This document shows positions 12,752-26,000 of a stretch of DNA of 64,000 nucleotides, piece after piece. Source of the DNA: Pseudovirgaria hyperparasitica (Eukaryota); assembly GCA_010093815.1 (NCBI GenBank), contig ML996566.1; one strand, written 5' to 3'. Below the pieces are notes generated by a model, which was not told the origin of the DNA, did no database searches, and saw only the letters and a list, made by a program, of their open reading frames with translations. Position 1 is the stretch's first letter. Each line of letters begins with the position of its first letter. The translations under genes and the position numbers were made by a program.

Positions 12752-14412
12752 AGATGCTGTCGAAGGCGGTCGAGATGAGAGATGATGGATGGCGAATGAA
12801 TGACAAAACAGCACAGCAGACATCAACTCTTTATATATGTATAATATCCATCGATCTACACAAGCATACGCATGTCTAATTAGTATCCATGGCATCTACT
12901 AGACAAAGCCCTCGAATGACACGACCGCCTTTGCCTTCGCAAGCGCATCTATTTCGGGTGCATTTACTCGTGAATGCTGCACACCCACTGGCAAGCAGGT
13001 AGCAAGCAAGTACCCGAGCTTCGCTCGTGGAGAAACACGAGCGCGCGACTCTGTTCTTGGCAGGACATATACGAACGACGACAAGATGTGGTCTGAGGCT
13101 AATTTCGTTTTTGATGGTTCTAATTAGTATGGGGATGGGGGGATCCGAGCGCGAGGCGAAGACATGGATGACAGTCTTGGGTATGAGGTTTGGATGCGTA
13201 ATAGACTGTGTATGCAGACAAGGTGTGTATGTCTATGTGTGATTATGCTACTTGGTGTAATTATGCGATGATTGGAATGAGAAATGCTTGATTACATACT
13301 AATTATCTCTGTGTGTAGGAATCTGATCTAGTAAGGCTGCATATGTACGGAATCAGGGTCTCTCAACATCACAAACCACGCATGCGATCATTAGGTTACG
13401 TATGTGATAATAATAGAGCATCCCATCCATCCATTACACGAACCGTCCTCTATTCACCGCACACCACCGATATAGCTCTTGAAACACATAGCGCAGTCGA
13501 TGACACGTAGAACAGCAGCGACCCTTCCATTGTATATGACGCGGTCAAACAACTCTTCTGCGGATACGATACGATGGCGATCCGACACCATGAATGGATG
13601 GACGATGCAAAACACCAAAGACAGACACTGATGACGTGACCTGCCGACTGAATACCTGCTTCCACTCTCTCCTCCCTCTCAATCCGCTTCTCTCTCTCTA
13701 CACTCGTCCCTCGTAGGATTTTGCTTGGCTGTCGCACCTACAAGTCTACTACGACCAGCGGGAAACGAGCTATGATCGTACTCGTGTTCGGCCAACCACG
13801 GCTGCACTGCAGAATACTACTACCTCTGCAAACGCACCGCCTCGCAAGAGAACGCGTGCGTACGTATTAAGGCATGCACGTACGCGTACACATCTTGAGA
13901 ACCTAGATAACCAGCAGTAACCCACCCACCATCGTATTACCCCGGACCCGGAATGCCCCAAAACAACAGCAACAAGAACAACAACAACAACGACAACGCA
14001 GCCTCCTAGGACAGCGAGAAAGGGGACGTTTCGGAATGCCGGACTCCACAGCCGTCAATACGACGCGGCATTCCGATTCGTGTGGGCTCGGGCAAGCCTT
14101 GCTTGCGGTGCGGTGCGGGTGGAGCATGGAAATGTCACTGCTGGTGGCCGGCCAGTGACATTTCTTGGTCGCGGCCCGGATGGATGGGATGCGCAGCCGG
14201 ACCTCCTGGATGGTGGAGGGGGGGCTGTGCTGTGGCTTTTAATATATAGAGCTGGTGTCTGCATTAGGCTAAGCGGCCAAAGCACCAGCCTGCCTGCGTG
14301 TGTGCACGCGTCGACGTTGACGTCGATGTCGTCGTGAGTCGTCCGTCCATCGCGCACCTATTACCCATATAATTACCTCCCTTTCTTCTACTCCCATCAT
14401 CTTTCATACAAC

Positions 14413-15806
14413 ATGGCGCTACGCATCGGACAAGTCCTCCGAGGCGCCGCAGGTAAGTACGAGCTCGTAGAGGCGCTGAAGGGGTGCAGCGTCTTCAAGG
14501 CACGCGTGCTATCATCCAGAACCCCTTCATCTGGAGGAGAATGGTAAATAATGTTGCTCTCGTCTTCTTCCTGCCTTCTTCCTTCCTTCTTCTCTGTCTC
14601 CTTCTCCTCCGAAAGCCACTCCTTCAAGCCATAGGCAGACAAAAGGCCAACCAAAGCATGCGCTTATCATAACGCTTTTTCGAGGGCCATGATCAAAACC
14701 GCCACGTCCGATGACGAGAAAATGGTTCTGAGGCGCGAATACCGCAATTACGGGATCCGCGATATCGCGTCGTGTGCGTATATCCGACGGCTGCGTGATG
14801 TCGTTGCCGTGCCGGCGGCGGTGGATGGGGAGGAAGAGGAAGAAGGGGGAGGAAAAGGAGGAGAGGGGGAAGAGATGATGAATACACACGACCCAGACGG
14901 TCTGGTGTTTGAGTGGATGGATACAGACCTGCGGTGCGTCCCAGCCAGTCGGTTCCGAGGCGATGCGAGGCTGCCAAAGGGGGTGTCGCGAGCGGTCCTG
15001 TCGGCGCTGGACGTGTTTCGGACGTTGGGACTTGTCCATACGGGTAATGATTTTGTTCGAGGATTGATTTATGCCGTGCCAATGCTAAAGGATGTAAGAT
15101 GTGAGTGTCAACAACGTGTTTGTGTCCGACCTCGATGGCGCGTCGCCGGTTGCCAAGCTGGGTGATTTGGGGAATTGTACGTGTTTTTTTTCTGTGTTAT
15201 AATCCTCGTCCTCGTCCTCCTATCCACCAGCACTCACGTCCACAGTGATAGTCCAAGGCTCCACAACCCAACGAGGCCAAAGCCTGCCCTGCCGCGCACC
15301 AGAAGTCTGGCAAGGCCTAGGCTGTCGACATTCCTCAGATATATGGTCCCTTGGAGTCACGGTTCGTGCCCCCGCTACACTCCAGGCCACCGTTCCGTCC
15401 GGTCGGGCGCTAACCTAGAAGCAAGTTGGCACGTCGTCTATCACCGCACGCGCACTTCGGAGCCAGCGACAAGATCATCGAGGGCCACACCGAGGCATGG
15501 TGCATCGCGAAGATAATCCGTCGCTGTGGCCCGATACCCGACCCACCTGCCGACCAACACAACTACTACCAGCCCTACAGGGAGGAGTTTGCGCTGGCAG
15601 AGCAGCTTGCAGTCATGGATAATCCGCATGATGGCACGAGGCTGATCAAGGGAGGCACGCTGCGTGAGGAGTTGCTGCGGCTTGCGGAGCCCCCGGTGTC
15701 GGAGGAGCTGGTGGATTTTATTGAGGCGCTGCTGGTTGTGGATCATGGGGGGAGACCTGTTGCGTCGGAGGCGCTTCGGCATGCTTATCTGCGGTCTTCT
15801 ACGTGA
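14413..15806 (+). CDS. Divergent Ser/Thr protein kinase
   Basis: Four introns (14544-14684, 15044-15098, 15177-15245, 15362-15425) assemble AMIK, HTDVSVNN, KLGDLG, RAPEVW, SDIWSLG and the terminal RP..EALRH. Confidence 0.85.
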
Positions 15807-16509
15807 GGAAGATCCTGGCTCGTTCTAGGGGGTGTTGACACGGCGAGAGGAGCGGTGTAAGAGTGCACTCATCTTCCATTGCCAAACGAAGTGTCCAAGT
15901 TGGGGCAGAAATCTCTCCTCTTCTGTACTGTAATATGAAGTCTCCAATGTATACTACATAAATACCGCGGTTACAGTGTACTATCCGTCAAGTGACAGCC
16001 GTCCCAACCGCATATCAGCCAGGGCAGACAGACAGACAGCCAGACAAGGAACAAACGCGTAAAAGAGGGCGAGAGTAGGGCACCGAACCAAACAAAGAAA
16101 AAGGCCCTGTAGTTGCGTACCTCTCCTATCTAAACTACCCCTTGTATATGGGAAAGTTAGTTAAGTAAGGTTTATTAGTAGCGAGTAAGACGAGGAACCT
16201 TTGTACTTGCGTAGCTCTAATCTTAAGACTGCCCTTTATTTGTAGAAAAGGTAGACAAGTCATATTATATTACTTTTATAGCAGGCAAGAAGGGATATAA
16301 GCTTACCTACCTCCTACCTGTGTTGAACTTGCTCTTTGATTGTAAGGTGACAAAATATCCTATTGCAACGTCCACTCCCTCCTTAGGAATCGTATACTAA
16401 TGATAACGGAGCTATAGTCATTCAAAAACCGTCACTTCTGCAAGGCATGAAACTATCTTAGCATAAAGTAAAGTCACTCTTCACACCCTCGACTATATCC
16501 CTTTCCACA

Positions 16510-16557
16510 ATACATACATACATACATACATACATACATACATACATACATACATAC
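16510..16557. repeat. (CATA)n microsatellite
   Basis: Direct reading. Confidence 0.95.
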
Positions 16558-16740
16558 CCGTGAAAACACTGGTTATGGCTTGTGCCGAAATGCTCGATTA
16601 TCTGGAGATACCGAGTCAGTAATTAGTTGTTATGAATTTTGACTAATACATATGAATTTTCTGCGTCCCGATTGGTCAGCTATGTTTCATTTTTTTCTTT
16701 CTGAAAGGTACTCATGGTTCTTTTAGAGCAACTAGGGGCT

Positions 16741-16830
16741 TAAGTAGGAGAGTAAGTAGAAGAGTAAGTAGAAGAGTAAGTAGAAGAGTAAGTAGAAGAG
16801 TAATAGGAGAGTAAGTAGGAGAGTAAGTAA
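16741..16830. repeat. 12-bp tandem repeat AGTAAGTAG(A/G)AG, about 7 units
   Basis: Direct reading. Confidence 0.9.
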
Positions 16831-17135
16831 GATAACAACCAACCAACCAACCAATTAATTCTCTTATCCCCCTCTTCTCCCTCCTTTCCAAAAGCTCCAT
16901 ACATCTAGCTATATAAACACAACACCTCACTTCAAAACGTTATATCTGCGACATTAACAACGGGCACGACAACTAATGATAGCACTATAGCATTCTACTA
17001 ATAGCTTATCTATACACGAGATACATAGTCTATATGCTACCAAAGTACTAGATATCGAACTTACCTACTTAACATAGTAATATTCATTCTATATTATAAT
17101 CTACTATATAAGATTATTGGAGCTTGGAACTATGT

Positions 17136-17137
<2 letters not shown>

Positions 17138-17191
<54 letters not shown>

Positions 17192-17198
17192 TTCTCTC
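17138..17198. repeat. (CT)n microsatellite
   Basis: Direct reading. Confidence 0.95.
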
Positions 17199-18005
17199 TT
17201 TACATAGTATATATACATGGATAAGCTTTACTACCTAAGAACGACCAAGAACGATCAAGAACAACCAAGAACAAGCACTACCTCTCCTACCTCCTATCCC
17301 ATTCTTACTCCCTTGAAAGATGAACAGAGTGTAGTATTTAAGACTAGTATACTAGTAAGTTTAATCCGTTGTTACGTACTTACTTTGATTGACTATGTTA
17401 TATGTTATATGGAGTTTGGATGGATAGATGGATAGGGTTAGGTCATGTCAAGGACTGATTGATTGATTGATTATCGGTGTTTGAAAACAGTGGTGTATTG
17501 TCTAATAGGTTAAGAGCGGGGAGATGTGTTTGTTGTTAGAGGAGGGGGGGGGGGGGGGGGGGGTTGTCGACGACACTACTATTTCGGTGATTGATTTAAT
17601 TATCTCTTCTTCTCCTCTACTATCCTCGTCTTTCCTCTCCTCTTCTCTCCTCTATTTCTAGTCTCGTTGTTGGACTGCTAGGATGGGATTGGGGTATATA
17701 TATATATATACTGATTACTGGACTGGTTAGTGGACTGGCTGAGAGTCGAGGTGTTTGACTTGGTTGGTTGATATACAGGCGAAGGAATGGGGAGAGGGAC
17801 GGATTGTGTTATGTGATATGGATGCTGGAGATGTCGATGGTAGAAGACTTATATTCCGTGCATGACGCGGAGATCGGTGTAAGTTCGAAAGCAGATATGA
17901 ATTCTATAATACTACAATCTACGCAGTATCTCATCCATCCCATCCCATCCCATCCAAACCCCAAGGCAAAAAACCACCCAATCATTGGCAATCTCCATCC
18001 CAATC

Positions 18006-18714
18006 CTAAGCCACAACCCTAACCAGCCCCTCCCCCTCCAAATACGCCACAATCCTCCGCACACTCTCCTCGACACTCTCCTCGGCACTCCGAATATGTA
18101 TCTCCGCACTCTCCGGCTCCTCATACGGCGCACTCACGCCCGTAAACTCCATGATCACGCCCTCGCGCGCCTTCTTATACAAGCCCTTCGGATCGCGCTT
18201 CTCCGCCTCCTCAACACTGATATCAACCCACACCTCCACAAACCTCAGCGGCTGCCCCTTCTCCTCCTCTTTCCCATCACCACTCGTCACAGCCTCATGC
18301 AGCGCCCTCGCCGCCTCCCGATCCCGGCGATACGGACTAATAAAGCTCGTAATGGCCACGGTGCAGGAATCCGCAAACAAGCGCGCGACCTCGGCAATCC
18401 GGCGGATGTTCTCGTTGCGGTCGGCCTCGGAGAAGCCAAGGTCGCGGTTGAGGCCGAAGCGGATGTTGTCGCCGTCGAGGCGGTAGGCGGCCATGTGGTA
18501 GTGGCGCAGCAGGTGTTGCTCGAGGGCGGTGGCGATGGTGGATTTCCCGGAGGCGGACAGGCCGGTGAACCAGATTGTGAAGCCGGGCTGGTTGCGTAGG
18601 GTTGAGCGTTCGGAGTGGGAGAGGGAGGGGTGCCATGTTATGTTGCTGTGAATTGGGGGGTTAAGATTGATTTTTCGAGGGGTTGTTTTTGGGTGGTGAG
18701 ACTTACGTTGCCAT
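18006..18714 (-). CDS. MET14: Adenylyl-sulfate (APS) kinase
   Basis: ATG GCA AC + intron 18646-18706 gives MATNITWH; P-loop [37 protein letters not shown]. Confidence 0.97.
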
Positions 18715-18899
18715 CTTGGTGTACGTGAGGCGTCGGTCTCGCGGTTTGATGGAGGAGTATTGGATGAGTTCGAGATTAATTGGTGGTCTAGTAGCAAGAA
18801 GTCGTTGGAGAGATTCAAGTTGGACGTTGAAACACAATATTCGTTGAAGAGGAAACTCTGCTAGCTCTCCCACCACGAGGAGGAGGAGGAGGGGGACCT

Positions 18900-19029
18900 A
18901 TGACGTGATCGGCCGCGGCGCGGGTAGAGCCGCGGAGGGGCAGTCACGCTATCCAGTTTAGGGAGTTTATTTATACATACCCACATCGCGCGCGCACATG
19001 GGATGCTCGTGTCACGGAGCACACGTGAC
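18900..19029. promoter_or_regulatory. Candidate sulfur-regulon elements upstream of APS kinase
   Basis: ATGACGTGAT at 18900-18909 (one mismatch to CYS-3 consensus ATGRYRYCAT) and GTCACGTG (Cbf1-type E-box) on the minus strand at 19022-19029. Confidence 0.45.
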
Positions 19030-19300
19030 CATGTTGATATCCCATGGATCGTGGATCCGTGACGGGTCTCTTCTGTAGTCGCTGTTAACATCAAAGTCCT
19101 TGGTCAGGTGGTGCCCGACTTTGAGTCTGGACTGCTGCGCACCCAATTATGCTGTGTGCATCGTTAGTCGTATCGTATCGTTTCCCAGACATCCGTACGC
19201 GCGTCATGGCATATCAGTCAGCGACACGGCGGAGTATTATTAACGCTGGACTCGGGATTCCGTGTTTGCCCTCAGCATACCCACTCACACCTGTACACAC

Positions 19301-19337
<37 letters not shown>

Positions 19338-19983
19338 GATACGGCCCCCAAGCAGCGAAGACGCGAAGAAGAACAGTGCAGCTGCATAGAAGACGGGATT
19401 GCAGCATGGAACAGTTTAGGATGCATGGGTTGCCTGGATGGCGGATGCAGCCACAGCTGTAGTTAGCCAAGTTGGAGGGTACAGTGCGTACTATTAGCAC
19501 ACATGGTTTGCTCGCGTAACAGCCGGGGTATAGCCATACACGTATAGATGGTGGTATAAGTGGGTGGGTGGGTATAGGTGCACGTCGTATGTGTGTGTTT
19601 GGAGGTTGTTGGAGGGGTGTGCACACCGGCAGAATAATTAGACGACAGCAATTCGGAATTCCCATAGATCATCAGGCCCGGAGCGGCTCGTTCGATCGCG
19701 CACACCACAGACCGGTCAGGAATGGATCGCACGATGGGTTTGTTGGTTTGGAGGAGGCAGAGAGCGGCTTTGCGGGTGTGGTGGTGGTAATGGTGGTGGT
19801 GGTGGGGATAATTATGCCAGGTGCAGGGTTTGCAGATATGCAGACAGGTAGGTAGCATTGGTTGGCATAGGCAAGCAAGCAGGCAGCAAACCGGGCCAAG
19901 AATAGCATCTTGCGCAGCAGTAGTAGTAGCACAGCGCGTCGAAGCTCGTAACGAATGCCTCTATCGGTGTGGTGACTGTCACT

Positions 19984-20039
<56 letters not shown>
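19984..20039. repeat. (TAG)n microsatellite
   Basis: Direct reading. Confidence 0.95.
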
Positions 20040-23000
20040 TTGCTGCAACAGTAATTAGTAGCAGAGCGATAGACGATGAAATGTGGGGATGGAGAAGAGG
20101 CAAGTAGGCAGGAAGGAGTCAGTCGGGCAGACTGTTCAGCCGCAGATTTCACATTTAGAGTTTGGGGGGGGGGAAGGGAGAACTAAGCAGGCAGGGTAAG
20201 TCAGTAAAGTATAGCGAGCTGTTGCGCTTGCGGACCAGCGGGCGGAGGAAGTTTGACGCGCACGAAAAGTAGAGGATGGAATGGATGGATACGCGGACAA
20301 ACTCTGGTGGATGGATGGAGGGATGGAGGGGTAATTAGTAGTAGTCGGCCGAGCCGGTCAAGCGTATTTTGACCTTTGCTTACGGCCACGCACGCGCAAA
20401 TCACCTTTTTTATGCTGCTTGGCCTGGCTAACTAATTACCTGCCTGCCTGCCTGCCTGCCTGCCAGCCAGCTGCCCAGCTAAACTGCCCCCGTTTTACAA
20501 AACCCGGGGAGAGATGGAGGGGCAGACTGGGCGCCAGAAAGGGGGGGGAAAGGGCAAGCGACAGGGCAGCCCCGACAGCTGAGAACCGGGGGGAGGAGGA
20601 CAGCAAGGAGACAAAGAGAGAGACAAAGAGAGTGCGGGTCTCAGGACTACAAGTACAATCCCCAGGACTACAAGTACGCACCACCACACACCCACCCCCC
20701 AAAAAGTTCCCAAGTCTAAGCCACCCTGGCAGCCAAGCCGGACGCTATTCGCTACGGGACCGTGGCACTGGGCGCTGGGGCTGACGGTGACATGCGTCTC
20801 TGCCTGGCTGGGGTTCGTATGTATGTGTATGTATGTATGTGTATGTATGTGTGTGTATGTATGTGTGTGTATGTATGCTGTACAGTGTATGCGTGCATCG
20901 AACCATGTGTACGTTGTGTTGTTCATCGTTTGCCGATACTGGTGGTGAAAGATCGGTTTGCGACTGGACTGCGCTTGTTTTGCTATGCTGTTGTGCTTCC
21001 TGTCTGGATGTCATGTGTGTATGTGTATGCGCGTATGTGTCTGTGTGTTTGTGTGCGTGTATACGTCGGCGAGAGCCATAGGGCTGCCCTACACTGCCAC
21101 CTGCTGCACATCAAAACAATAGACAACAGACAATAGACATCGCGCCGTTGTTACTGCCAAGCGCATCATAATCTTGCCCATCGTCGTCGCCCAGAAGTCC
21201 GTCCGACCGACCACCGCCCGGCCGCTCTTCTTCAGCCGTTGCCGGTCTTCTTTCTCTCCCCCCCGGGCATTCTCAGCGTATGTATAACTCCGTCCCCGGC
21301 CGCCGGTCGACTAATTATCTAATCAATTGGCCCGTACCGTACCTACCTAATTATTGCCGTCTGTCTTTCTTGCTAATATCCTCACAACAGTCCCCACTTC
21401 ACTCACAGTCACTCTAGCTATCTCCCTCCTCCTTCCGGCCCCCATCCGTGCTGTCCTTGTGCCTTGTCTTTTGTCTCGACTTATCAACCCCCCCCTAAAC
21501 CCTGCCTGTTGTTGGCCGCTACGCTGTTACCAGGACTGGTAATTGAACGAGTCTGGGATCTAGGGGGGAGGGGGAGGGGGAATCCATTTGCGTGTCCCGA
21601 GCAAGCATTCTCTGAAGCCTTCTTCCCATTCTTTCCATCCTTCCATCTCTCTCATCCATGAATGATAATTAGATATCCTGCCTCCGAGTCGATGATGAAG
21701 ATGATGCTGCTGCTGCTGCTGCTGATGATGGATGATGCTTGTGCCTGTCCATGTGCTACCTTACCCTACCCTACCCTACCATACCCTACCCTACCCTCCA
21801 CTAACTAACAAACCCCCTCCCCATTCCCTGCCGACACGAGGTCTCTCCTAAGACGCGCACGCGGCCTTACCGCTCTGCAGGGACTACTATTCTCGATCTT
21901 CCTTTCCTCTCCACCCATGAAGCTGCTGGCCGGCCGCATGCACCGCGGCCGCCTATTTCTTTTGTTCCTCTTCCAATTCCATCTCTCTCACACTCACACA
22001 CACACATCCCTGCTCTCATGTCTACCTACCCTCGTTACTTGCCGTTTTATTCCACTAATCGCGTTTGCGTATTGCTCTGCTGCCCCAAACCCCTGTGTTC
22101 GGCGACCTACTGCTGCATATACAACAATGAAAACAACATTAACAACACTAATTACTGCTTGTTTTGAATACCTGTGTATGTATGTATGCATGTGTGTGTG
22201 AGAGGGTATCTGGCCGCCGAACCAACACCCTCCTACTAATCATCAAACGTCAATACGAGAAAATGCGCAATCTTATTGAATTTTGTCGTCCCTTTTTTCT
22301 GAAACGGAGATGGCTCCGTCCCGTTGTAAGATGGGCGGGCTGGGCGTGCGATATTAACTTCTTCTATCGTATCCTTCCACCGTCGTCGTTGAAGCTGCCT
22401 TTCCACGCCTGTCATTTGTGGAACTTTCCACGCGATTGTCTTCTTCTATGGTGCCCCCCTGTCTCCCTTGGCCCACTGCAGCTCGTGTTGTCTTGCTCAA
22501 GCGAAAGGCACACACCACCACCACCACCACCAGTGCGTTGCAGCCGAGCACTCCTATCTTCCAACTTTCCATAATCACAACGCTAGATTTGTCTTCCAGT
22601 GGTCTAGAACGACACGCGAAACCACTCCTTGTTCGTTCGTGCTAGTTAGATGTCCATATACCCTGCCATTGTTGTATGATGTTGTTATTGTTGTTGTATG
22701 TTGTTGGAAGGGGTGGTGTAATTTGACCTGCAGGCGCCACACACACACACTCATACACATCCACGCACATCCACGCGCATCCACGCTTTCTCTCAGGCAC
22801 CACCACCGTAGATCTGATAGCTAATCAATCAGACCACACATACACACACACACAAACCACGCGAATGGATGCGCGCCCCTGCCTGGCTTAAACGTTCTGA
22901 AACCGACGCAATCTGACAGGCCGTTTTGTTGGGTCTTGTCTTTTCTAGAATAAATGGATTATTTGCCAAATCGAACCGTATCTTGACCTTGGCTTCCACA

Positions 23001-26000
23001 ACCACGAGGACGGGCAGCTGAGGCAAGAACAACTGTTGTTGTTGTAGGACGTTTATCTTGACAAGGACTCCTGTTATCGCTTCCAACGCAGGTCCTACGT
23101 CCCGACTCACCTACACTGCTCACCACGAGCCGCGATAGAGTTCTTACCAAAGAGAGCCCAGTAGATTGGTTGACGGGTTTGCTGCTCTCCCCAAGGTAGC
23201 GAGGGCTAGCTGGCTGGCTGGCTGGCTGGCATATGTCATGTCCTGTCATGGCATGTCATGTCATGACATGTCAAGGACGCAAAAATGGCTGTCTGCCTTG
23301 GGGAGACGAGATCCACGGGACAGACAGACAGGCAGACAGGTACGTAGGTAAGCCCTCCCCCCCTCCCCATGTCGACGATTGCGCTTCTGCGTCAAAGGAC
23401 TCGCCTGCCAGTGACTTGTGGAATAATTACCTCTTCTTTCATTTTAAGGAGGAAGGAGGAAGGAGGAAGAGGAGATGGGCTTCGGATATGCGAGCCATGC
23501 GTGCATGTCGGAAGGTGCCGCTGCGTGACTACTCTCCTATCCTATACTCTACTCTCCTCTGCTACATTCGACTCTACCATGCTAGATTACAATCGCTGCC
23601 CTCTCCAAGCCTGTGGACAGGACAAGGTCAGGTCAGGACAAGGCCAGGAACAAGCGACCTTCAGGTCCTTGACCGCGAAACATATTGCCCGATGCGGTAA
23701 TTGGCACTGATTCACAGCCTCATGGCTACCTACTGCTGTGGGGGTCCTCCCCTGGGTCAGTGGCCATCTTTCCCACCCCCCCTCCTCTCAGGTCGGAGAG
23801 TTTGTTAGGCATGCCAATATGTTGCCGGGATAGTTCTCCTGTTGATGATGGTGGTGTGCACGGTCGGGTCGATTGTGATGAGCCTCGTGCGATTAGCTTG
23901 GGTGGGTGGGTTGTGCGTGTGCGTGTGTGTGTGTATGGGTGTGTGGGTGGGGAAGAGATGCATAATTAGAACAGTGAGCGGTTTCTGGAGAAGAGAAGAA
24001 AGGGTGCCTGATTCGTAATGTGCTATGTATATGTTTAGTGAAAGAGAAAGCACTGCCGAAGTAATGACTAGTTCCTAGCTAGCAGATCGCATCCATTGCA
24101 ACTTCCATTTCTTTTTTTCTTTTAATAATTCTTCTTCTCCCGAGCACAACGTTGAGATAGGGATAGAGATCCATCCATCCATCCATCTGCCCATCTGTCC
24201 ATCTGCCCATCTGCCCATCCCCATGATCCGTCGCATGGACCACGTAAGCAAAGCACAGCACCTAATTACATCCATAGATAGATGATAGATGCGAACTTTG
24301 CGCACCTAATTATTCGGTCTGCGCCAAGTCTCCTTGTCACCATGAGTCACGTTGACGAAGCCGCCAAGCGGTCCTGTTTCCAACAAGACCTAATTACAAC
24401 CTGCATCACCTGTACACACACACCTGCAGGGACAAAAGACGCCATCCATTTTCTAGAATGATCGGAGAAGACAGAGCTAGCTAGGCAGGCAGGGCGTTCA
24501 CCGACTTCTCGAATACAACGCAGCACGCAAGCAAGCAAGCAGGGAGAAAAGCACACAGCAGCAGAGTGCCGTGCATAGATGCGTAGGGCTGGCCAGTAGA
24601 GATAGGCGGGTGCGGGAGAGCGGTACAGTCAGATGGAAACCGTTGCTAGGTACTGTATGTAGGTAGGTAGTGTAGATAGGCTGTGATGTGATGCGATGCG
24701 ATGAACTGGAACGGAAGCCAAAGTCCCACACGGGGGCCACGGGTCATCATGGGTCCATCCCGAGTAGCAGTTCGAAGAGGCCGTCCGTCAACGTCGTCGT
24801 CTGTCGTAATGTGAACGACTTGTCGTTGGTGGATGTCATGTCCGCTTCGTTCGTAGTCGGACGGACGAATACCTAAAACCTAGTCAATCCATGGATATAC
24901 GCACGCCCGCACGCACATAACAACAATAAATGGGATTTCCATGGCGCCGGCAAGATACCGCCGCCTCGCGAACACATGAAAAAAAAAAGCCGATACCGAC
25001 GACGCCACGGCCGATCTATTTAGAGCGCAGAGAGCAGCAAGTGCGAAGAGATATGAGGATGACCAAGCAACCGCTAGACCAGGTAGTTGGTTGTATGTAG
25101 TCCACTAATTACTCTGCCTCCACCCCCCCCCGAAAGTCTCTAACCTTAAATCCAATAAAGGAACGGGAACGGCTAATGGCTATAATGGCTAATGGCTATG
25201 GCTATGCTATGGCTATTACCGCTACATTGTCGTTGTTTGGGGGGGGTTGTTTCTATAATACTACTACGCACACACACACGCGCGCATGCACTTACTACTA
25301 CTGTGCACCGGTCGGTCTCGTAGAGCAAGCAGCAGCAGCACACAAAAGAGTCATCTGGTGTCAGTGGAGAGAGGCTCGTAGGCAAAACACCAAAGAGTCC
25401 TAACGTTATGCAGTATTTGCGCCAACACTCTGGCCGGCCGCTTCGTCGATTCGATTCGATCCCCTCACCCGTCACCCACACACCCACACCCATGCCCCGG
25501 GCTGAATGATGATGAATGCTTGAAATCGTACGTTTTGTGTGATCAGTGCGTGGTGCGTGGTGCTGCGTGGTGCTGTGCTAGAACCAAGAGTTTTCCCCCC
25601 CCGTCCGTTCGGCATTCTATCCTGTGCGGGACAAGCCTCGACTAAAACGCATCCATCACTCGCAGAGTTGGCTCTCCCGTGTGTGCAGGACGAGGGAACT
25701 GCTTAGGGGCCTTTTCCGTTCGTTCGTCGGGGGAAGAGAGCAGCGGTGAACATGGACCCCGGCATGCAGCTGAAACCCAGCAGGACGTCACTGCTACACT
25801 GCTACACTGCTACACAGAACAAGGTCCAGGGATGGGTTTTGGGCCATGTTGTTGTGTTAATTAACCGCCATTCTTTCGACTAGCCACTGGCTGCTGCAAC
25901 GTTCGAACCTTTCGTATACTTCCTCGTCGCATGTCGAGCCCAATCAGGGGGTGCCCGTGTATTTTTGGGCGTAGGTAGGTGGTATCGCGTGCTATGGTAT

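Larger units (their letters stand above)
16100..17460. other. AT/TpA-rich island, possible RIP-degraded repeat remnant
   Basis: Abrupt rise in AT and TA dinucleotides, no credible ORF, embedded tandem repeats. Confidence 0.45.

Noticed and set aside
8980..12806. Long antisense or alternate-frame ORFs over the ankyrin, PAP2 and CFEM genes
   Set aside because: Shadow ORFs caused by high GC3; the recognised proteins are in other frames.
25664..25675. AGAGTTGGCTCT hairpin resembling telomerase RNA P6.1
   Set aside because: Only a 4-bp stem; no TAACCCTAA-type template or pseudoknot found at a plausible upstream position.
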